Origin: an uncultured delta proteobacterium
GTDB lineage: Bacteria > Desulfobacterota > Binatia > Binatales > Binataceae
NCBI GenBank assembly: GCA_963794325.1
Contig: CAWCDG010000004.1
Location: 1,703,972-1,767,971 of the forward strand
Direction of reading: 5' to 3'
Length of the DNA stretch: 64,000 bases
The first letter of the stretch is position 1. Every line of letters begins with the position of its first letter. The position numbers and the translations under genes are program-made. A model generated the notes under the pieces. That model searched no databases. It was given only the letters and a program-made list of their open reading frames with translations, and was not told where the DNA came from. Positions 19,184 to 29,066 of the stretch are shown here, in pieces.

Positions 19184-20524
19184 ATGTTTGATACGCTCAG
19201 CGACCGCCTCGAAGGAGTTTTCAAAAAACTCAAGGGTCAGGGACGCATCACCGAGCGCAATATCGAGGATGCGCTCCGCGAAGTCCGCCTCGCGCTGCTC
19301 GAAGCCGACGTCAATATCAAAGTCGTCCGCGATTTTATCGAGCACGTCAAATCCAAGGCGCTCGGCGCCGAAGTGCTGCGCTCGCTCTCGCCCGAGCAGC
19401 ATCTGATCAAGTTCGTCGCCACCGAGTTGCAGAACGCGATGGGCGGTACGGCGCGCGAGCTCGATCTCAAGGTTAAGCCGCCGGTCAAAATCATGGTGGT
19501 GGGCCTGCAGGGCGCGGGCAAAACCACTTCGATTGCCAAGCTCGCGCGATGGCTCAAATCCGAGCGCAAGCGCCATCCGCTTCTGGCCTCCACCGACGTT
19601 TATCGCCCGGCCGCGATGGAGCAACTCCGCGTGCTCGGTGCGCAGGCGCAAATTCCGGTCCTCGACAGCAACGAGCAGCAGGATCCAATCGAGATCGCGT
19701 CGCGCGCGATGGCCCGCGCCGAGACCGGCGGGCATGACGCGATTCTGATCGATACCGCCGGCCGCCTGCAGATCGACGAAGAGCTGATGGACGAGCTCAC
19801 GCGCCTGAAGGCGGCGCTCAATCCGCATCACATCCTTTTCGTCGCCGACGCGATGACCGGCCAGGAGGCCGCCAACGTCGCGGCCGGCTTCCACGAGCGG
19901 CTGGGAATCTCAGGCGTCATTCTGACCAAGCTCGACTCCGATGCGCGCGGTGGCGCGGCGCTTTCCGTGCGCACGATAACCGGCGCTCCGATTCTGTTCG
20001 CGGCGACCAGCGAGAAGCTCGACGGGTTCGAAGTTTTCTACCCGGATCGGCTGACCTCGCGCATCCTCGGGATGGGCGACGTGCTGACGCTGATCGAAAA
20101 GGCGCAACAGAACTACGATCAGACCAAGGCCAAGGAGCTCGAGCGCAAGTTCAAGAAGAACGAGTTCACCATCACGGATTTCGCCGAGCAGATTCGCGCG
20201 ATCAAAAAGATGGGATCGCTCGGTGAGCTGATGGGCATGATACCGGGGCTTAAGAAATTCGCGGGCGCGGCGGATTCCGAAGGCGCCAAGCTCGAGCTCG
20301 GGCGCATCGAGGCGATTATCGACTCGATGACGTTGCAGGAGCGCGGCAATCATCTGATTATCAACGGGCGCCGGCGCGCGCGAATCGCCGGCGGCAGCGG
20401 GACCTCGGTGCAGGACGTGAATCGTTTTCTCAAACAGTTCGAACAGACGCGCAAAATGATGAAGAAAATCACCCGTATGGGCGCGGGAAAAATGATGATG
20501 CGCGGACTAGGGCTCGGCAGCTAG
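19184..20524 (+). CDS. ffh: Signal recognition particle protein Ffh
   Basis: N-domain, GTPase G-domain (GLQGAGKTTS, DTAGR, TKLD) and a Met-rich M-domain. Confidence 0.95.
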   Translation: MFDTLSDRLEGVFKKLKGQGRITERNIEDALREVRLALLEADVNIKVVRDFIEHVKSKALGAEVLRSLSPEQHLIKFVATELQNAMGGTARELDLKVKPPVKIMVVGLQGAGKTTSIAKLARWLKSERKRHPLLASTDVYRPAAMEQLRVLGAQAQIPVLDSNEQQDPIEIASRAMARAETGGHDAILIDTAGRLQIDEELMDELTRLKAALNPHHILFVADAMTGQEAANVAAGFHERLGISGVILTKLDSDARGGAALSVRTITGAPILFAATSEKLDGFEVFYPDRLTSRILGMGDVLTLIEKAQQNYDQTKAKELERKFKKNEFTITDFAEQIRAIKKMGSLGELMGMIPGLKKFAGAADSEGAKLELGRIEAIIDSMTLQERGNHLIINGRRRARIAGGSGTSVQDVNRFLKQFEQTRKMMKKITRMGAGKMMMRGLGLGS

Positions 20525-20544
20525 AATATTAACAGGAGAACTGA

Positions 20545-20799
20545 ATGGCACTTGTAATCCGATTGCGCCGCCATGGCGCGCGCAAGAAACCTTTCTACCG
20601 CATCGTGGTGGCTGACTCGCGATCGCCCCGTGACGGACGCTTCGTCGCACAGGTCGGAACCTACGATCCGGCGTTCGATCCGCCGCGCGTCACGATCAAA
20701 AAGGACTTGGCCGACCAATGGCTCAAGGCTGGCGCCAAGCCGAGCGACACAGTAAGAAAGTTAATTAAACGGGCTGAAACAGCAACGGCCTCCGCCTGA
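20545..20799 (+). CDS. rpsP: 30S ribosomal protein S16
   Basis: [33 protein letters not shown] is canonical S16. Confidence 0.95.
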   Translation: MALVIRLRRHGARKKPFYRIVVADSRSPRDGRFVAQVGTYDPAFDPPRVTIKKDLADQWLKAGAKPSDTVRKLIKRAETATASA

Positions 20800-20826
20800 T
20801 GCGACCCGCTGCAACGGAGCCATCCT

Positions 20827-21063
20827 ATGAAGGAGCTCGTCGTATTTCTCGCGCAACAACTGGTGAACGACGCTAACGCAGTGGACGTTAAGGAGACCCA
20901 GGGCGATACCGCCTCGGTACTTGAACTGCGGGTGGCGAAGGAAGATTTAGGACGCGTGATCGGCAAGCAGGGCCGAACCGCAAAGTCGATCCGCACGATC
21001 CTGAACGCCGTCGCCTCGCGCACCAACCGCAAGGTTGTTCTCGAAATCGTCGAAGACCGATGA
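20827..21063 (+). CDS. KH domain RNA-binding protein (YlqC-like)
   Basis: GRVIGKQGRTAKSIRTIL KH motif. Conserved position between rpsP and rimM. Confidence 0.85.
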   Translation: MKELVVFLAQQLVNDANAVDVKETQGDTASVLELRVAKEDLGRVIGKQGRTAKSIRTILNAVASRTNRKVVLEIVEDR

Positions 21064-21112
21064 TCGCGCGGGCCTCGGCAACACATTTTTACCGTCCCGC
21101 TTGACAGCCTCA

Positions 21113-21613
21113 ATGCTGCGTGTCGGCCGCATAAGCGGCGCCCATGGCCTCAAGGGTGCGCTGAGATTTCGGCCCGACAATCCCGATTCCGACATATTGC
21201 AACAGGTTAAGCGGATTTTCCTGGAGCGTTCGGGGGAATCACGCGAGTTCCACGTGACCGGAGTGGCGCCGCTCAACGCGACGACCGATCGAATCACGCT
21301 CGAGGGCGTCGCGGACATCGACGCGGCCGAATCGCTCAAGGGCGCGGTCGTGATGCTCGCGACAGAGGACGTCCCGCCTGCCAAGCCGGGCGAGTTCTAC
21401 TATTACGAAGCGATCGGATGCGAGGTTTTTCTCACCGACGGCAGCCGCCTCGGTGCGATCGAAGAAGTTTTCTCCAACGGCGCGCAGGACATCTGGATTG
21501 TCCGGGACGGCGAGCGCGAGGTGCTGATTCCGGTTATTGAAAATGTCGTGAAGTCGATGGATCTTCCGGGACGTCGCGTCACCATCGATCCGATTCCCGG
21601 CCTGCTCGACTGA
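21113..21613 (+). CDS. rimM: 16S rRNA processing protein RimM
   Basis: ORF 21035..21613; ATG at 21113 (MLRVGRISGAHGLKGALR). Carries a PRC-barrel C-terminus. Confidence 0.9.
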   Translation: MLRVGRISGAHGLKGALRFRPDNPDSDILQQVKRIFLERSGESREFHVTGVAPLNATTDRITLEGVADIDAAESLKGAVVMLATEDVPPAKPGEFYYYEAIGCEVFLTDGSRLGAIEEVFSNGAQDIWIVRDGEREVLIPVIENVVKSMDLPGRRVTIDPIPGLLD

Positions 21614-21648
21614 CCATCCGGCAGCCGGATAGATTTAGACTCGCATCG

Positions 21649-22335
21649 ATGGAGTTTCACGTAATCACATTGTTCCCCGAAATGTTCGAGTCGCCGTTTC
21701 GCGGCGGCATGATCGGACGCGCGGTCGAGAATGGACTGATCGCGATCAAGGCGCATCCGTTGCGCGAGCACGGTCTCGGCAACTACCGGCAAGTCGACGA
21801 CGCTCCGTACGGCGGCGGCAGCGGGATGGTGATGCGGCCGGAGCCAATCGGAGCTGCGATCGACGCAGTCAACGCACAGCATCCCGGTCTTTGGCGCATC
21901 CTGATGACGCCTCAGGGCGAAGTGTTCGACAACTCGATGGCGCGCGACCTCGCCAAGCGCGCACCCGGCCTGATGATCGTCGCGGGCCGCTACGAAGGAA
22001 TCGACGAGCGCGTGCGCTCGCTGGTCGATCAGGAAATCTCTATCGGCGACTACGTGCTGAGCGGCGGTGAGATCCCCGCGATGGCGGTGATCGAGGCGGT
22101 GGGCAGGATGATACCCGGCGTGCTCGGCAATCCCGAATCGCTCGACGAGGAATCGTTCGCCGCCGGGATGCTCGAATATCCGCAATACACCCGGCCCGAG
22201 GAGTTCCGCGGCATGACGGTGCCCAACATTCTGCTCAGCGGCGACCACGCCAAAATTCGCGCATGGCGCGAGGCCGAAGCAAAAAAGCGCACGGCGCGCC
22301 GGCGTCCCGATCTGATCGAACGCCGCAAATTCTGA
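21649..22335 (+). CDS. trmD: tRNA (guanine37-N1)-methyltransferase TrmD
   Basis: MEFHVITLFPEMF, DDAPYGGGSGMVM and SGGEIPAMAVIEAV TrmD/SPOUT motifs. Confidence 0.95.
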   Translation: MEFHVITLFPEMFESPFRGGMIGRAVENGLIAIKAHPLREHGLGNYRQVDDAPYGGGSGMVMRPEPIGAAIDAVNAQHPGLWRILMTPQGEVFDNSMARDLAKRAPGLMIVAGRYEGIDERVRSLVDQEISIGDYVLSGGEIPAMAVIEAVGRMIPGVLGNPESLDEESFAAGMLEYPQYTRPEEFRGMTVPNILLSGDHAKIRAWREAEAKKRTARRRPDLIERRKF

Positions 22336-22337
22336 AA

Positions 22338-22895
22338 GTGTCCGACCTTTTTGTAGCGCTGATTCATCATCCGGTCGTCAATCGCAACGGAGAAACCGTA
22401 ACCTCGGCAATCACCAGCCTCGACATCCACGATATCGCGCGCGCGTCGCGAACCTACGACGTGCGCGGAGTGTTCATCGTCCATCCGATTCCCGAGCAGC
22501 GGAAATTCGCGGCGAGCATAATCGATCATTGGCGCTTCGACTTCGGCCGCGCCCACGATTCACGCCGTCGCGAAGCGCTCGAACGGGTGCAGATCGTCGT
22601 CGAACTCGACGACGCAATCGCTGAGGCATCGCGAATCTCGGGCATCCGCCCGTTAATCGTACACACCTCCGCCCGCACCGAAGGCGGCACCAGCTATACA
22701 GATCTGCGCGCGCGCCTCGAAGCACCGGACGCCCCACCAATGATGATCCTGCTAGGCACCGGTTTCGGCATGTCCCCCGAAGTCGCCGAGCGCGCCGACA
22801 TCATACTCGCGCCAATAATCGGCCCCACCGACTACAACCACCTGTCAGTCCGCTCCGCCGCCGGAATTATTTTAGATCGCCTCCGCGGCAAGTAA
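22338..22895 (+). CDS. Probable SPOUT-class RNA methyltransferase of the TM1570/DUF2168 (PF09936-like) family
   Basis: GTG at 22338, immediately after the trmD stop. N-terminal LIHHPVVNRNGETVTSAITSLDIHDIARASRTY resembles the trmD-linked TM1570-like family. Assignment from memory. Confidence 0.5.
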   Translation: MSDLFVALIHHPVVNRNGETVTSAITSLDIHDIARASRTYDVRGVFIVHPIPEQRKFAASIIDHWRFDFGRAHDSRRREALERVQIVVELDDAIAEASRISGIRPLIVHTSARTEGGTSYTDLRARLEAPDAPPMMILLGTGFGMSPEVAERADIILAPIIGPTDYNHLSVRSAAGIILDRLRGK

Positions 22896-22944
22896 CCTCA
22901 GCGCCGATCACGAGAACTGTGCGCGCAAAGCGCCGGCCGCAGTA

Positions 22945-23037
22945 GCGTCCATCGAGGTTCTTCGCTACAGCAGCTTTCGCTCAGAATGACACCTAAAGGC
23001 GGCTCGCTTTTTTGTGTCATCCTGAGCGCAGCGAAGG
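22945..23037. repeat. MITE-like hairpin element (GTCATCCTGAGCGCAGCGAAGGATCTC family), copy 2
   Basis: Arms gaggttcttcgctacagcagctttcgctcagaatgacac and gtgtcatcctgagcgcagcgaaggatctc lie between the SPOUT gene and the convergent NUDIX gene. Confidence 0.6.
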
Positions 23038-23090
23038 ATCTCGCGCTTCCGGCGCGTACCGCCTCACCACCAAGGCCCACACTTGGAAGA

Positions 23091-23696
23091 CTAGTGGTCA
23101 AGGAGGACGAGCGCCCGCAACTTCTCCACGAAGCGCCGCATATGCGGATCGGACCGCTCGAACGGGATCTCGTCGAATCCAAACCATCGCACGTCATGAA
23201 ACTCGCCACGATCGAATTCAATCGCTCGAGAGCTGTCGCCTCGCAGCAAATACCAAAGCGACACGTCGGTATGCCCTCCGTCTTTGCCGACCGTCCGCGT
23301 CACTGTGATGAACATGGGTTCCGGCCGTATGAACTCCGCCGCGAGGTTCAGTTCCTCCGACAACTCCCTGACCACGGTTGCGGTCGGATCTTCGTCCGGC
23401 TCGACATGACCTCCGCTAGGCAGCCACAACCCAGCCAGCTTGTGATCGACCAGCAGCACCTTTCCGCGCTGCTCATCGACGAGGGCGAAATAACTCACCA
23501 GATGCATGGGCGGAACATCTGGTTTCTTAGTCCTGAAGATGGGCGCACCCGAACGAATCCATTCGATCGTCGAGTCGCGATGCGCCCGCTCGAGGTCGTC
23601 AAGAGGTTCAATAGCGGCGACTATTTCGGTGATCCTGGCGCGCATTTGGTCCACAGCCTGCGAGGATACCGTCCGTGAAATCTGCGAACCACCCAT
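23091..23696 (-). CDS. NUDIX hydrolase
   Basis: Nudix box GGHVEPDEDPTATVVRELSEELNL. The overlapping plus-strand ORF 22986..23678 is judged spurious. Confidence 0.8.
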   Translation of the reverse strand: MGGSQISRTVSSQAVDQMRARITEIVAAIEPLDDLERAHRDSTIEWIRSGAPIFRTKKPDVPPMHLVSYFALVDEQRGKVLLVDHKLAGLWLPSGGHVEPDEDPTATVVRELSEELNLAAEFIRPEPMFITVTRTVGKDGGHTDVSLWYLLRGDSSRAIEFDRGEFHDVRWFGFDEIPFERSDPHMRRFVEKLRALVLLDH

Positions 23697-23753
23697 TGAG
23701 TGGGCTCGCGCATTTGGATAAATTTACTGGCTCGACTCGAGGTCTTTTCTCCC

Positions 23754-24098
23754 ATGAATACCGTTATCCAGAAGCTCGAAGAGCGGGGCCTGCGCAAGGA
23801 CCTGCCTGAATTTCGCGTCGGCGACTCGGTTCGCGTTCACGTCAAGGTCGTCGAAGGCGAGAAAGAGCGCATCCAGTCCTTCGAAGGCATCGTGATCAAA
23901 ATGAACCGCGGCGCCAATCGCGCCACCTTCACCGTGCGCAAGGTTTCGTACGGCGTCGGCGTTGAGCGAATCTTCCCGATGCATTCGCCGCGAATCGACA
24001 AGCTGCAAGTGCTGACGCGAAACCGCGTGCGCCGCGCCCGTCTCTACTATCTGCGCGGACTGTCCGGCAAAGCGGCAAGGCTCGACACCGCGACCTGA
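23754..24098 (+). CDS. rplS: 50S ribosomal protein L19
   Basis: ORF 23700..24098; ATG at 23754. [10 protein letters not shown]...[22 protein letters not shown] is canonical L19. Confidence 0.95.
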   Translation: MNTVIQKLEERGLRKDLPEFRVGDSVRVHVKVVEGEKERIQSFEGIVIKMNRGANRATFTVRKVSYGVGVERIFPMHSPRIDKLQVLTRNRVRRARLYYLRGLSGKAARLDTAT

Positions 24099-24117
24099 GC
24101 GTCAAGCGCGTCCTCGT

Positions 24118-24519
24118 TCATCGGTTGTTGGAGGCTGCGGTCTGCTCGACGCGAATTCCGGTCATGCGAACGTCGCCTTCCAGGTAGGCGCCTTCGGATA
24201 TCGCCAGGTTGCGTGTCTCGATATTTCCGAAAACTTTGGCGCGCGGCCCGAGCACCACGCGATCGCATCCGACCAGGTCTCCGCGCAACTCGCCCATTAT
24301 CAGTAGTCGCGGCGCGAAGACTTTGCCCTCGATCATTCCTTCTTCGCCGACCACCACCAGATCGACCGAGCGGACCTCGCCGCGGAACCGTCCCTCGATT
24401 CTCACCGGCTCGTGAAAGATCAGTTTGCCCGAGACGTTGACGTTGCGGCCGACTGCGACGCGGGTGCGCGCCTCGGCCCACGCCGCGCCTGCGTCCTGCG
24501 GTATCTGTGTTGATTCCAT
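24118..24519 (-). CDS. Bactofilin (DUF583/CcmA family polymer-forming cytoskeletal protein)
   Basis: Beta-helical repeat pattern (VSGKLIFHEPVRIEGRFRGEV ... GDVRMTG). It lies 4 bp downstream of the oppF-like gene on the same strand. Confidence 0.75.
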   Translation of the reverse strand: MESTQIPQDAGAAWAEARTRVAVGRNVNVSGKLIFHEPVRIEGRFRGEVRSVDLVVVGEEGMIEGKVFAPRLLIMGELRGDLVGCDRVVLGPRAKVFGNIETRNLAISEGAYLEGDVRMTGIRVEQTAASNNR

Positions 24520-24523
24520 GAAA

Positions 24524-25549
24524 CTACGGGGCCGGGAATACGTGGCACGACACGGCGTGTCCACCGCGCCCGGTTTCTAATTTCGGTTCGACGTTTGTAC
24601 AAACATCTTTCGCATAAGGGCATCTTGGATGGAAGGCACAGCCGGTCGGCGGGTTCATCGGGCTCGGCATCTCACCGGGCAGCTTGATGCGATCGGGCTT
24701 GTGCGCGGTGTCGATGGTCGGAATCGCTGAGAGCAGCGCGCGCGTGTAGGGATGCCGCGGGTTCAGATAGATCTCGTCGCGCGATGCGATCTCGACAATC
24801 TTGCCGAGGTACATGATCGCGACGCGATTGCTGATGTGCTCGACCACGCGCAAGTCGTGCGCGATGAACAGGTACGTCAGCTTCAGCTTGTCCTGCAGGT
24901 CCTGCAGCAGGTTGATTATCTGCGCCTGGATCGAGACGTCGAGCGCCGAGACCGGCTCGTCGAGCACCAGGAAGCGCGGGTTCACCGCGAGCGCCCGCGC
25001 GATTCCGATTCGCTGACGCTGCCCGCCGGAAAATTCGTGCGGCAGTCGATCCATCGCGTCGGCGCTCATCCCGACCATCGCGAGCAGCTCGGCGATTCGC
25101 CGCTCCTTTTCCACTCCGCGCGCGAGTTTGTGAATCTCGATTCCCTCGCCGACGATCGACCGCACCCGCATCCGCGGATTCAACGACGCGTACGGATCCT
25201 GGAACACCAGCTGCATCTGCTGGCGCAGCGTGCGAAGTTCCGCGCGGCCCAGCGTCGAGAGATCGCGGCCGTCGAAATAGACTTTGCCTTCGGTCGGCTC
25301 GAGCAGTTTCAGAATCAGTCGCCCCAGCGTCGATTTGCCCGAGCCCGATTCTCCGACCAATCCCAACGTTTCGCCCGGCTGGATCTCCAGGTTGACGCCC
25401 GCGACTGCTTTCACCGAAAGCTTTTTCCCGCCGATGATGCTCGTCGATCCCGCCGGAAACTCCTTGCTGAGATTCACGACGCGAACCAGCGGCGCGGTGG
25501 ACGCGCTCGCGACAGGCGCGATCGGGTTAGGCGCGGATGCAGGCGACAT
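24524..25549 (-). CDS. Oligopeptide/dipeptide ABC transporter ATP-binding protein (OppF/DppF-like)
   Basis: Walker A (GESGSGKST), ABC signature (LSGGQRQR) and Walker B ([11 protein letters not shown]). Has the C-terminal oligopeptide-ABC extension. Confidence 0.9.
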   Translation of the reverse strand: MSPASAPNPIAPVASASTAPLVRVVNLSKEFPAGSTSIIGGKKLSVKAVAGVNLEIQPGETLGLVGESGSGKSTLGRLILKLLEPTEGKVYFDGRDLSTLGRAELRTLRQQMQLVFQDPYASLNPRMRVRSIVGEGIEIHKLARGVEKERRIAELLAMVGMSADAMDRLPHEFSGGQRQRIGIARALAVNPRFLVLDEPVSALDVSIQAQIINLLQDLQDKLKLTYLFIAHDLRVVEHISNRVAIMYLGKIVEIASRDEIYLNPRHPYTRALLSAIPTIDTAHKPDRIKLPGEMPSPMNPPTGCAFHPRCPYAKDVCTNVEPKLETGRGGHAVSCHVFPAP

Positions 25550-26489
25550 AGTGATTGGGGGCCTTTTGTTCGAGCGGTGGATCGGCTTCGGAGCATTTGG
25601 GGATTGCGCGCGGGCATCGCGGATGGAATCGGCAGCCTGACGGCGGACGCAACGAGCTCGGAATCGAGCCGGGGATCGCCTGCAAGCGATGGTGTCGAGT
25701 GCCGTCGATGCCCGGAATCGATCCGAGCAAACCGAGCGTGTACGGGTTGAGCGGATTTTGAAACAGATCGGCAGTCGGCGCCTGCTCCATCACGCGCGCC
25801 GCGTAGAGAATCGTCACGTCGTCGGCATACTCGGCGACGATTCCGAGATCGTGGGTGACGAGTATCACGGCGAGGCCGAGCCGGACCTGCAGTTCGCGGA
25901 TCAGGTCGAGAATCTGCGCCTGGATGGTGACGTCGAGCGCGGTGGTCGGCTCGTCGGCAATCAGCAGGCGCGGATTGCACGACAGCGCCATCGCGATCAT
26001 CACGCGCTGACGCATCCCGCCGGACAACTGATGCGGGTAGTCGTCGATGCGATGCTCGGGGTCGGCAATCCCGACCATCCGGAGCGCCTCGATCGTGCGA
26101 TTACGGGTCTCGGCGCGATTGGTGTGCTGATGCAGCCGGACCGCCTCGCCAATCTGGCTGCCGATGGTGAAGACGGGATTCAGCGAGGTCATCGGCTCCT
26201 GGAAGATCATTGCGATGCGCGCGCCGCGAACGTGGCGCATCTCGGGCTCGCTCAGCTTCAGCAGATCCTGATCCTCGAAAATCACTTCGCCGCCGACGAT
26301 GCGCGCCGACTCCGGCAGCAGCCGCATGATCGAGAGCATCGACGCCGACTTGCCCGAGCCCGACTCGCCAACGATTCCCAGCAGCTTCCCCGGCTCGACC
26401 GAAAAACTAACGCCGTCGACCGCGCGCACCTCTCCCGCGTCGGTAAAAAACGAAGTGCGCAGCGATTTAACTTCGAGCAGAGGCTTCAC
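25527..26489 (-). CDS. Oligopeptide/dipeptide ABC transporter ATP-binding protein (OppD/DppD-like)
   Basis: Walker A ([10 protein letters not shown]), LSGGMRQR and [11 protein letters not shown], plus the C-terminal oligopeptide-ABC extension. Confidence 0.9.
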   Translation of the reverse strand: MKPLLEVKSLRTSFFTDAGEVRAVDGVSFSVEPGKLLGIVGESGSGKSASMLSIMRLLPESARIVGGEVIFEDQDLLKLSEPEMRHVRGARIAMIFQEPMTSLNPVFTIGSQIGEAVRLHQHTNRAETRNRTIEALRMVGIADPEHRIDDYPHQLSGGMRQRVMIAMALSCNPRLLIADEPTTALDVTIQAQILDLIRELQVRLGLAVILVTHDLGIVAEYADDVTILYAARVMEQAPTADLFQNPLNPYTLGLLGSIPGIDGTRHHRLQAIPGSIPSSLRPPSGCRFHPRCPRAIPKCSEADPPLEQKAPNHYVACIRA

Positions 26490-26509
26490 GTGAGGTTCAG
26501 CGTATCATC

Positions 26510-26765
26510 GCCGCGCCGCAGCCATCCAGACGGATGCGACGTGGGGGAGTGGGGAAGGGGAAATCACTTTATCAAATGTGAAACCCGCGTACCGACGCGC
26601 GTCCGGTTCCCCTTCCCGCTCGGGAAGGGGTCAGGGGTTAGGTTCTTCGGCAGGGGTGACCCCTGCACCCAGTGATAAAGTGAAAAGTGAAAAGTGAGAA
26701 GCGCGAAATGTTGAGGACAACCGCTTCTGTTCCCCTTTCCCGCAGGAAAGGGGGAACAGAAGCCA
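26510..26765. repeat. Mosaic intergenic repeat block (several hairpin modules)
   Basis: Contains the modules CATCCAGACGGATGCGACGTGGGGGAGTGGGGAAGGGGAAATCACTTTATCAAATGTGAAACCC, GGTTCCCCTTCCCGCTCGGGAAGGGG, GGCAGGGGTGACCCCTGCACC and GTTCCCCTTTCCCGCAGGAAAGGGGGAAC. Each recurs elsewhere, for example at 32558-32730, 50668-50757, 53786-53845 and 56750-57100. Confidence 0.65.
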
Positions 26766-26800
26766 CACGGTCGCGACCGAGTAAAATCCGCTGGCGATAA

Positions 26801-28066
26801 CTATTGAACCTGGTGGACGATAGAGCTCACGAGGAAAATTGCGAGCGTGTTGGAACCGAATTCCGTCAGATAGAGCAATCGGTGGTCGGGCGATTCGGCC
26901 CATTGGCGCGGGAACACACCCGCATCGAAAGTGCCCACCGTCGCCGCGGCGCCGCCGCTTTTCAGCGCCGTTTCGAAATCGAGAATGCTGACCGTGCCGC
27001 CGGCCCCGACACACATATCGAATCGGTTCGTATTCGCCACCGCCATCAAACGCTTACTGAAAAAAGGCTGAGCGCCATCGGGTTCGATTCCTACCGGCGT
27101 GGTCGACAAGAGCGCATTGGTGGGATCGCTGATGAACTTGCTGGTGTCGAAAGCGAGCAGACTGTCAGAGTCACGCGCGGAAACCCATGCTACCGTATCG
27201 TTGTTCGTCAGAATGACCCGCGTCGGGGAGCATCCGGCCGGAATAGTCGCCATTACCTTGCCACTGTGGATATCCACCACCGACAATGTCCCGGGGGGAC
27301 CGGGATTCATGACCGGGAGACAGCCGTCACTGGCAATCTCGCAAGAGTTCTCGCCCGATAGCGCTTTCTCATTGGTGACGTAGAGACTACGGCCGTTGGC
27401 GGAGACCGCGAGTCCGACCGGCGCGCGGTCAACCAGGATTGTGCCGACGATCGGTTTTGGGCCCTTGCCGGAGGCGAAGGCGAGCGCCTGCTTGAAATCG
27501 ATCGCACTGACGGTATCGGGATCGCTATCCTTCTTGCCGGCAAACTCATTGGCTACGAAGATAATTCCGTTTTCGCCGGTTCTCTTGTCGACCGAAATTG
27601 CCACCTCGATCGCACTGGAATCGGTATGTATCGTTCCCATCGCGGCCTTGGAATCGTCGGCAATCGCCTTTCGCACATCGATAAACTGCACTCCGTCGGA
27701 AGTTCCGCCGGAAGGACACGATTTGCCTTGCTGGACCGTAACCAGCAGATAGCGCCCACCCTTGCTCATCGCCATGCCATGGGCAGAGCCGCAAGTCGAG
27801 ATGATGCCTTTGATGGTCGCGGAATTTTTCCTCTGCCGGATTACCTCGACGCCGCCGGTGGTTGTCGTAATGACCATCGAGACAAAGACGTAGCGCCCAT
27901 CTGCGGTTGTGACCGCCGCGAATGGAGAGCCCGGCAAGGGAATTTGCTGCTGGACCGGATTGATAGTTTGAGCGGACGAAGGATCCGAAATGCCTGGAAT
28001 CGCCGCGCACAAAATGATGGCGCTCAATACCACGCGGGACCACTTGAATTTATTTGATGATGACAT
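26801..28066 (-). CDS. Secreted YVTN-family beta-propeller repeat protein
   Basis: Signal peptide, then repeated YVTN-type blades (RYVFVSM, RSLYVTNEKA, RLLYLTEFGSNTLAIF). Confidence 0.7.
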   Translation of the reverse strand: MSSSNKFKWSRVVLSAIILCAAIPGISDPSSAQTINPVQQQIPLPGSPFAAVTTADGRYVFVSMVITTTTGGVEVIRQRKNSATIKGIISTCGSAHGMAMSKGGRYLLVTVQQGKSCPSGGTSDGVQFIDVRKAIADDSKAAMGTIHTDSSAIEVAISVDKRTGENGIIFVANEFAGKKDSDPDTVSAIDFKQALAFASGKGPKPIVGTILVDRAPVGLAVSANGRSLYVTNEKALSGENSCEIASDGCLPVMNPGPPGTLSVVDIHSGKVMATIPAGCSPTRVILTNNDTVAWVSARDSDSLLAFDTSKFISDPTNALLSTTPVGIEPDGAQPFFSKRLMAVANTNRFDMCVGAGGTVSILDFETALKSGGAAATVGTFDAGVFPRQWAESPDHRLLYLTEFGSNTLAIFLVSSIVHQVQ

Positions 28067-28295
28067 TCCCTCTTTGCGGCGAATTTTCGTTTCTGAGATT
28101 CGATCCTGCGATATGTAGCCGTTGGGGCAGTTGCGGCGGTCCCTCTACGGCAGGCAGACCGTCGCGGGCGGAGTTTGCTGGAGGCAGGCGACTATCGGCG
28201 TCAGGCCCGGAGCCGCCACTCCGACCAGTTCGGTTACGTTGGCGCCCTCGGAGTTCGGCACCCAGACGTTGCCCGAGCCAGCAGGTCGCGGGCCG

Positions 28296-29066
28296 TTAAT
28301 TCTTGGCGGTCGGCCCCTGCTTTAGCAACTCCTGGATCTTGGCGTCGAATTGCTGGTAAGGCATCGCACCGACGATGCGGACCCCGTTGAGGTTGCCATT
28401 CTGTACGTGCCCCAAGACGAACGAAGGGGTTCCCGTAATGCCCGCAGCTGTCCCTTCGGCGATGTCTTTGTCGATCACTGCCTTGTACTTGTCCGAATCG
28501 ACACAGGCCTTGAACTTGGTGACATCGAGCGACGACTTCCCGGCGTCATCGAGTATTTTGTCGGCTTGTAGCTGGCCCGAATTGGCGAATATCGTCTGGC
28601 GCATTTCCCAATATTTTCCCTGCTCGGCGGCACACCGACCGGCAACCGCGGCGCGCCGCGCATTCTCGTGGAATTCGAGCGGGAAGTCGCGGCTCACGAA
28701 TCGGAGCTTGCCGGTGTCGATGTAGTTGGTCTTGATCTGCGCGAACGCGCCGCTCTGAAAGCGCTGGCAGAACGGGCACTGGTAGTCGGTGTATTCGACC
28801 AGGACCAGCGGCGCGTTATCGCTGCCGACCGATAATCCGCCAGCGGGAAATGCATAGCTCACTTTGCTGTCTACGGGGCCACCCGGCGCGGGCGCGGTCG
28901 GCACCAAGGGGCGCTGCTCGAGGTCTTTGCGAATCGCCTTGAGCTCCTCGATTATTTGCTGCGCCTGCTCCGACGTAATGCTGTCAGCGGCCGCAGGTAG
29001 CGCACAAAAAAACAGCGCCACTACCGCAGCGAGTCCAATTACGCGTCGCCAGGTCTCGTTCATCAT
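28296..29066 (-). CDS. DsbA-like thiol:disulfide oxidoreductase (thioredoxin fold), secreted
   Basis: Signal peptide. CPFC active site (DYQCPFCQRF) and a DsbA-like helical insertion. Confidence 0.85.
   Translation of the reverse strand: MMNETWRRVIGLAAVVALFFCALPAAADSITSEQAQQIIEELKAIRKDLEQRPLVPTAPAPGGPVDSKVSYAFPAGGLSVGSDNAPLVLVEYTDYQCPFCQRFQSGAFAQIKTNYIDTGKLRFVSRDFPLEFHENARRAAVAGRCAAEQGKYWEMRQTIFANSGQLQADKILDDAGKSSLDVTKFKACVDSDKYKAVIDKDIAEGTAAGITGTPSFVLGHVQNGNLNGVRIVGAMPYQQFDAKIQELLKQGPTAKN

Noticed and set aside
22986-23678. 230-aa plus-strand ORF beginning with peptides encoded by the MITE-like repeat (VILSAAKDLALPART...)
   Set aside because: It lies antisense to a well-supported NUDIX hydrolase (23091..23696, intact Nudix box). 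Its N-terminus is read straight out of the hairpin repeat arms. Spurious.
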